This document shows positions 62,284 through 64,000 of a stretch of DNA of 64,000 bases, one piece after another. Location: positions 112,034,001 through 112,098,000 of the forward strand of contig OX597822.1 of NCBI GenBank assembly GCA_951406725.2, given 5' to 3'. The translations under genes were made by a program, and so were the position numbers. The notes beneath the pieces are model-generated. The model did no database searches, was not told the DNA's origin, and saw nothing but the letters and a program-made list of their open reading frames with translations. The first letter of the stretch is position 1. Each line of letters begins with the position of its first letter. Origin of the DNA: Octopus vulgaris (lineage: Eukaryota).

Positions 62284-64000
62284 TCATCATCGTTTAACGT
62301 CCGCTTTCCATGCTAGCATGGGTTGGACGGTTCAACTGGGGTCTGGGAAGCCCGAAGGCTGCACCAGGCCAGTCAGATGTGGCAGTGTTTCTACAGCTGG
62401 ATGCCCTTCCTAACGCCAACCACTCCGAGAGTGTAGTGGGTGATTTTATGTGCCACCGACACAGGTGCCAGACGAGGCTGGCAGACGGCCACGCTCGGAT
62501 GGTGTTTTTTATGTGCCACCGACACAGGTGCCAGACGAGGCTGGCAGACGGCCACGCTCGGATGGTGTTTTCTATGTGCCACCGACACAGGTGCCAGACG
62601 AGGCTGGCAGACGGCCACGCTCGGATGGTGTTTTTTATGTGCCACCGACACAGGTGCCAGACGAGGCTGGCAGACGGCCACGCTCGGATGGTGTTTTTTA
62701 TGTGCCACCGACACAGGTGCCAGACGAGGCTGGCAGACGGCCACGCTCGGATGGTGTTTTCTTATGTGTCACCGACACAGGTGCTAGACGAGGCTGGCGG
62801 ACGGCCACGCTCGGATGGTGTTTGTTACGTGCCCTCAGCACGGAGGCCAGTCATTGCGGTACTGGCTACGGTCACGTTCGGATGGTTTTCTTATGTGCCA
62901 CCGGCACTGGTACCACAAGGATACAAATTCCATTGATGTTCATCTATTTTGATTTGGTTCGATTTGATTTGATACGATTCGATTCTCACTTGCCTCAACA
63001 GGTCTTCACAAGTGTCACAAGAAGGAAGGTATGCACAGGTGGACTGACTACGTCCCAGGTAGGGGCCACGGATTATGGCTTCACTAGTCTTGCCGGGTCT
63101 TCTCACGCACAGCATACTTCCATAGGTCTCGGTCTCTAGTCATTTCCATGGTGAGACCTAACGTCCGAAGGTCATGCTTCACCACCTCGTCCCAGGTTTT
63201 CCTGGGTCTACCTCTTCCACGGGTTCCCTCAACTGCTAGGGATTGGCACTTTCTCACACACCTCTCTTCATCCATTCTCGCCACATGACCATACCAGCGC
63301 AATCGTCTCTCTTGCACACAACAACTGATGCTTCTTAGGTACAACATTTCTCTCAAGGTACTAACGCTCTGTCGAGTAAGTACACTGACATTACACATCC
63401 ATCGGAGCATACTGGCTTCGTTCCTCACGAGCTTACGCATGTCCTCAGCAGTCACGGCCCATGTTTCACTGCCATGTAGCATAGCTGTTCGTACACATGC
63501 ATCATACAGTCTGCCTTTTACTCTGAGCGAGAGGCCTTTAGTCACCAGCAGAGGTAAGAGCTCCCTAAACTTTGCCCAGGCTATTCTTATTCTAGCAGTT
63601 ACACTTTCAGCGCACCCACCCCCACTACTGACTTGGTCACCTAGATAGCGGAAACTATCAACTACTTCTAGTTTTTCCCCCGGAAAGTGACAGAAGTTGT
63701 TTTCTGCAGATTTTCGGAGGTCAGTGCTCCAGAGCACCTGCCACATACAAAAACTATCTTCCCAGTTAGCCTACCTTTGACATTGCTGCACCTCTTATGT
63801 GTCCATAGCTTACACTGGGTACATCTTATAGAGTTTCTACCTACACCTTTTCTACAGATCGAGCAGGGCCATCTTCCTGATGATATTTGTGGGTTTTCTA
63901 CCTTTCTACTTATTAGTACTTTGGTTTTAGCTAGGTTGACTCTAAGGCCCCTCGATTCTAAACCCTCCTTCCACACCTGGAACTTCTCCTCCAGTTCTGA
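62284..64000 (-). mobile_element. RTE LINE running off the window end
   Basis: ORFs 63668-63976 and 63084-63746 (one frameshift); 63-bp tandem array in 3' UTR; very similar to copy B. Confidence 0.92.

Noticed and set aside
62310-63139. ORFs such as MLAWVGRF...FLQLDALPNANHS, recurring across the window
   Set aside because: Antisense translations of the RTE 3' UTR repeat, not genes.

Overview
AT-rich, repeat-dense animal genomic DNA, not prokaryotic; the repeat families resemble those I recall from octopus genomes (inference). Bases 386-38924 (+) hold a complete 18-exon WDR24 gene (GATOR2 subunit, about 797 aa, WD40 propeller plus C-terminal zinc/RING region), reconstructed by hand with consistent splice phases and one GC-AG intron. 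A probable promoter and non-coding first exon of a second gene lies at about 47560-47700 (+), with no recognisable coding exon after it in the window. The rest is mobile-element debris: RTE LINEs with a PHD-like finger inside the RT, CR1-like 3' ends, a CRE-clade RT relic, Penelope-like elements (PLE), several tRNA-SINE families, Helitrons, piggyBac relics and a gypsy integrase fragment. Highlights: (1) a TSD-flanked four-unit tandem array (21366-22256, ABAB dimer structure) in which every unit carries a minimal hammerhead ribozyme fold with an unusual CUGUAGA core, resembling a non-LTR retrozyme; (2) a PLE whose terminal repeat joins a tRNA-like Pol III head to a hammerhead; (3) a 5.8S rRNA copy captured between two SINE heads; (4) an unusual density of long near-perfect hairpins. 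All calls are by eye; no alignments or folding were run.
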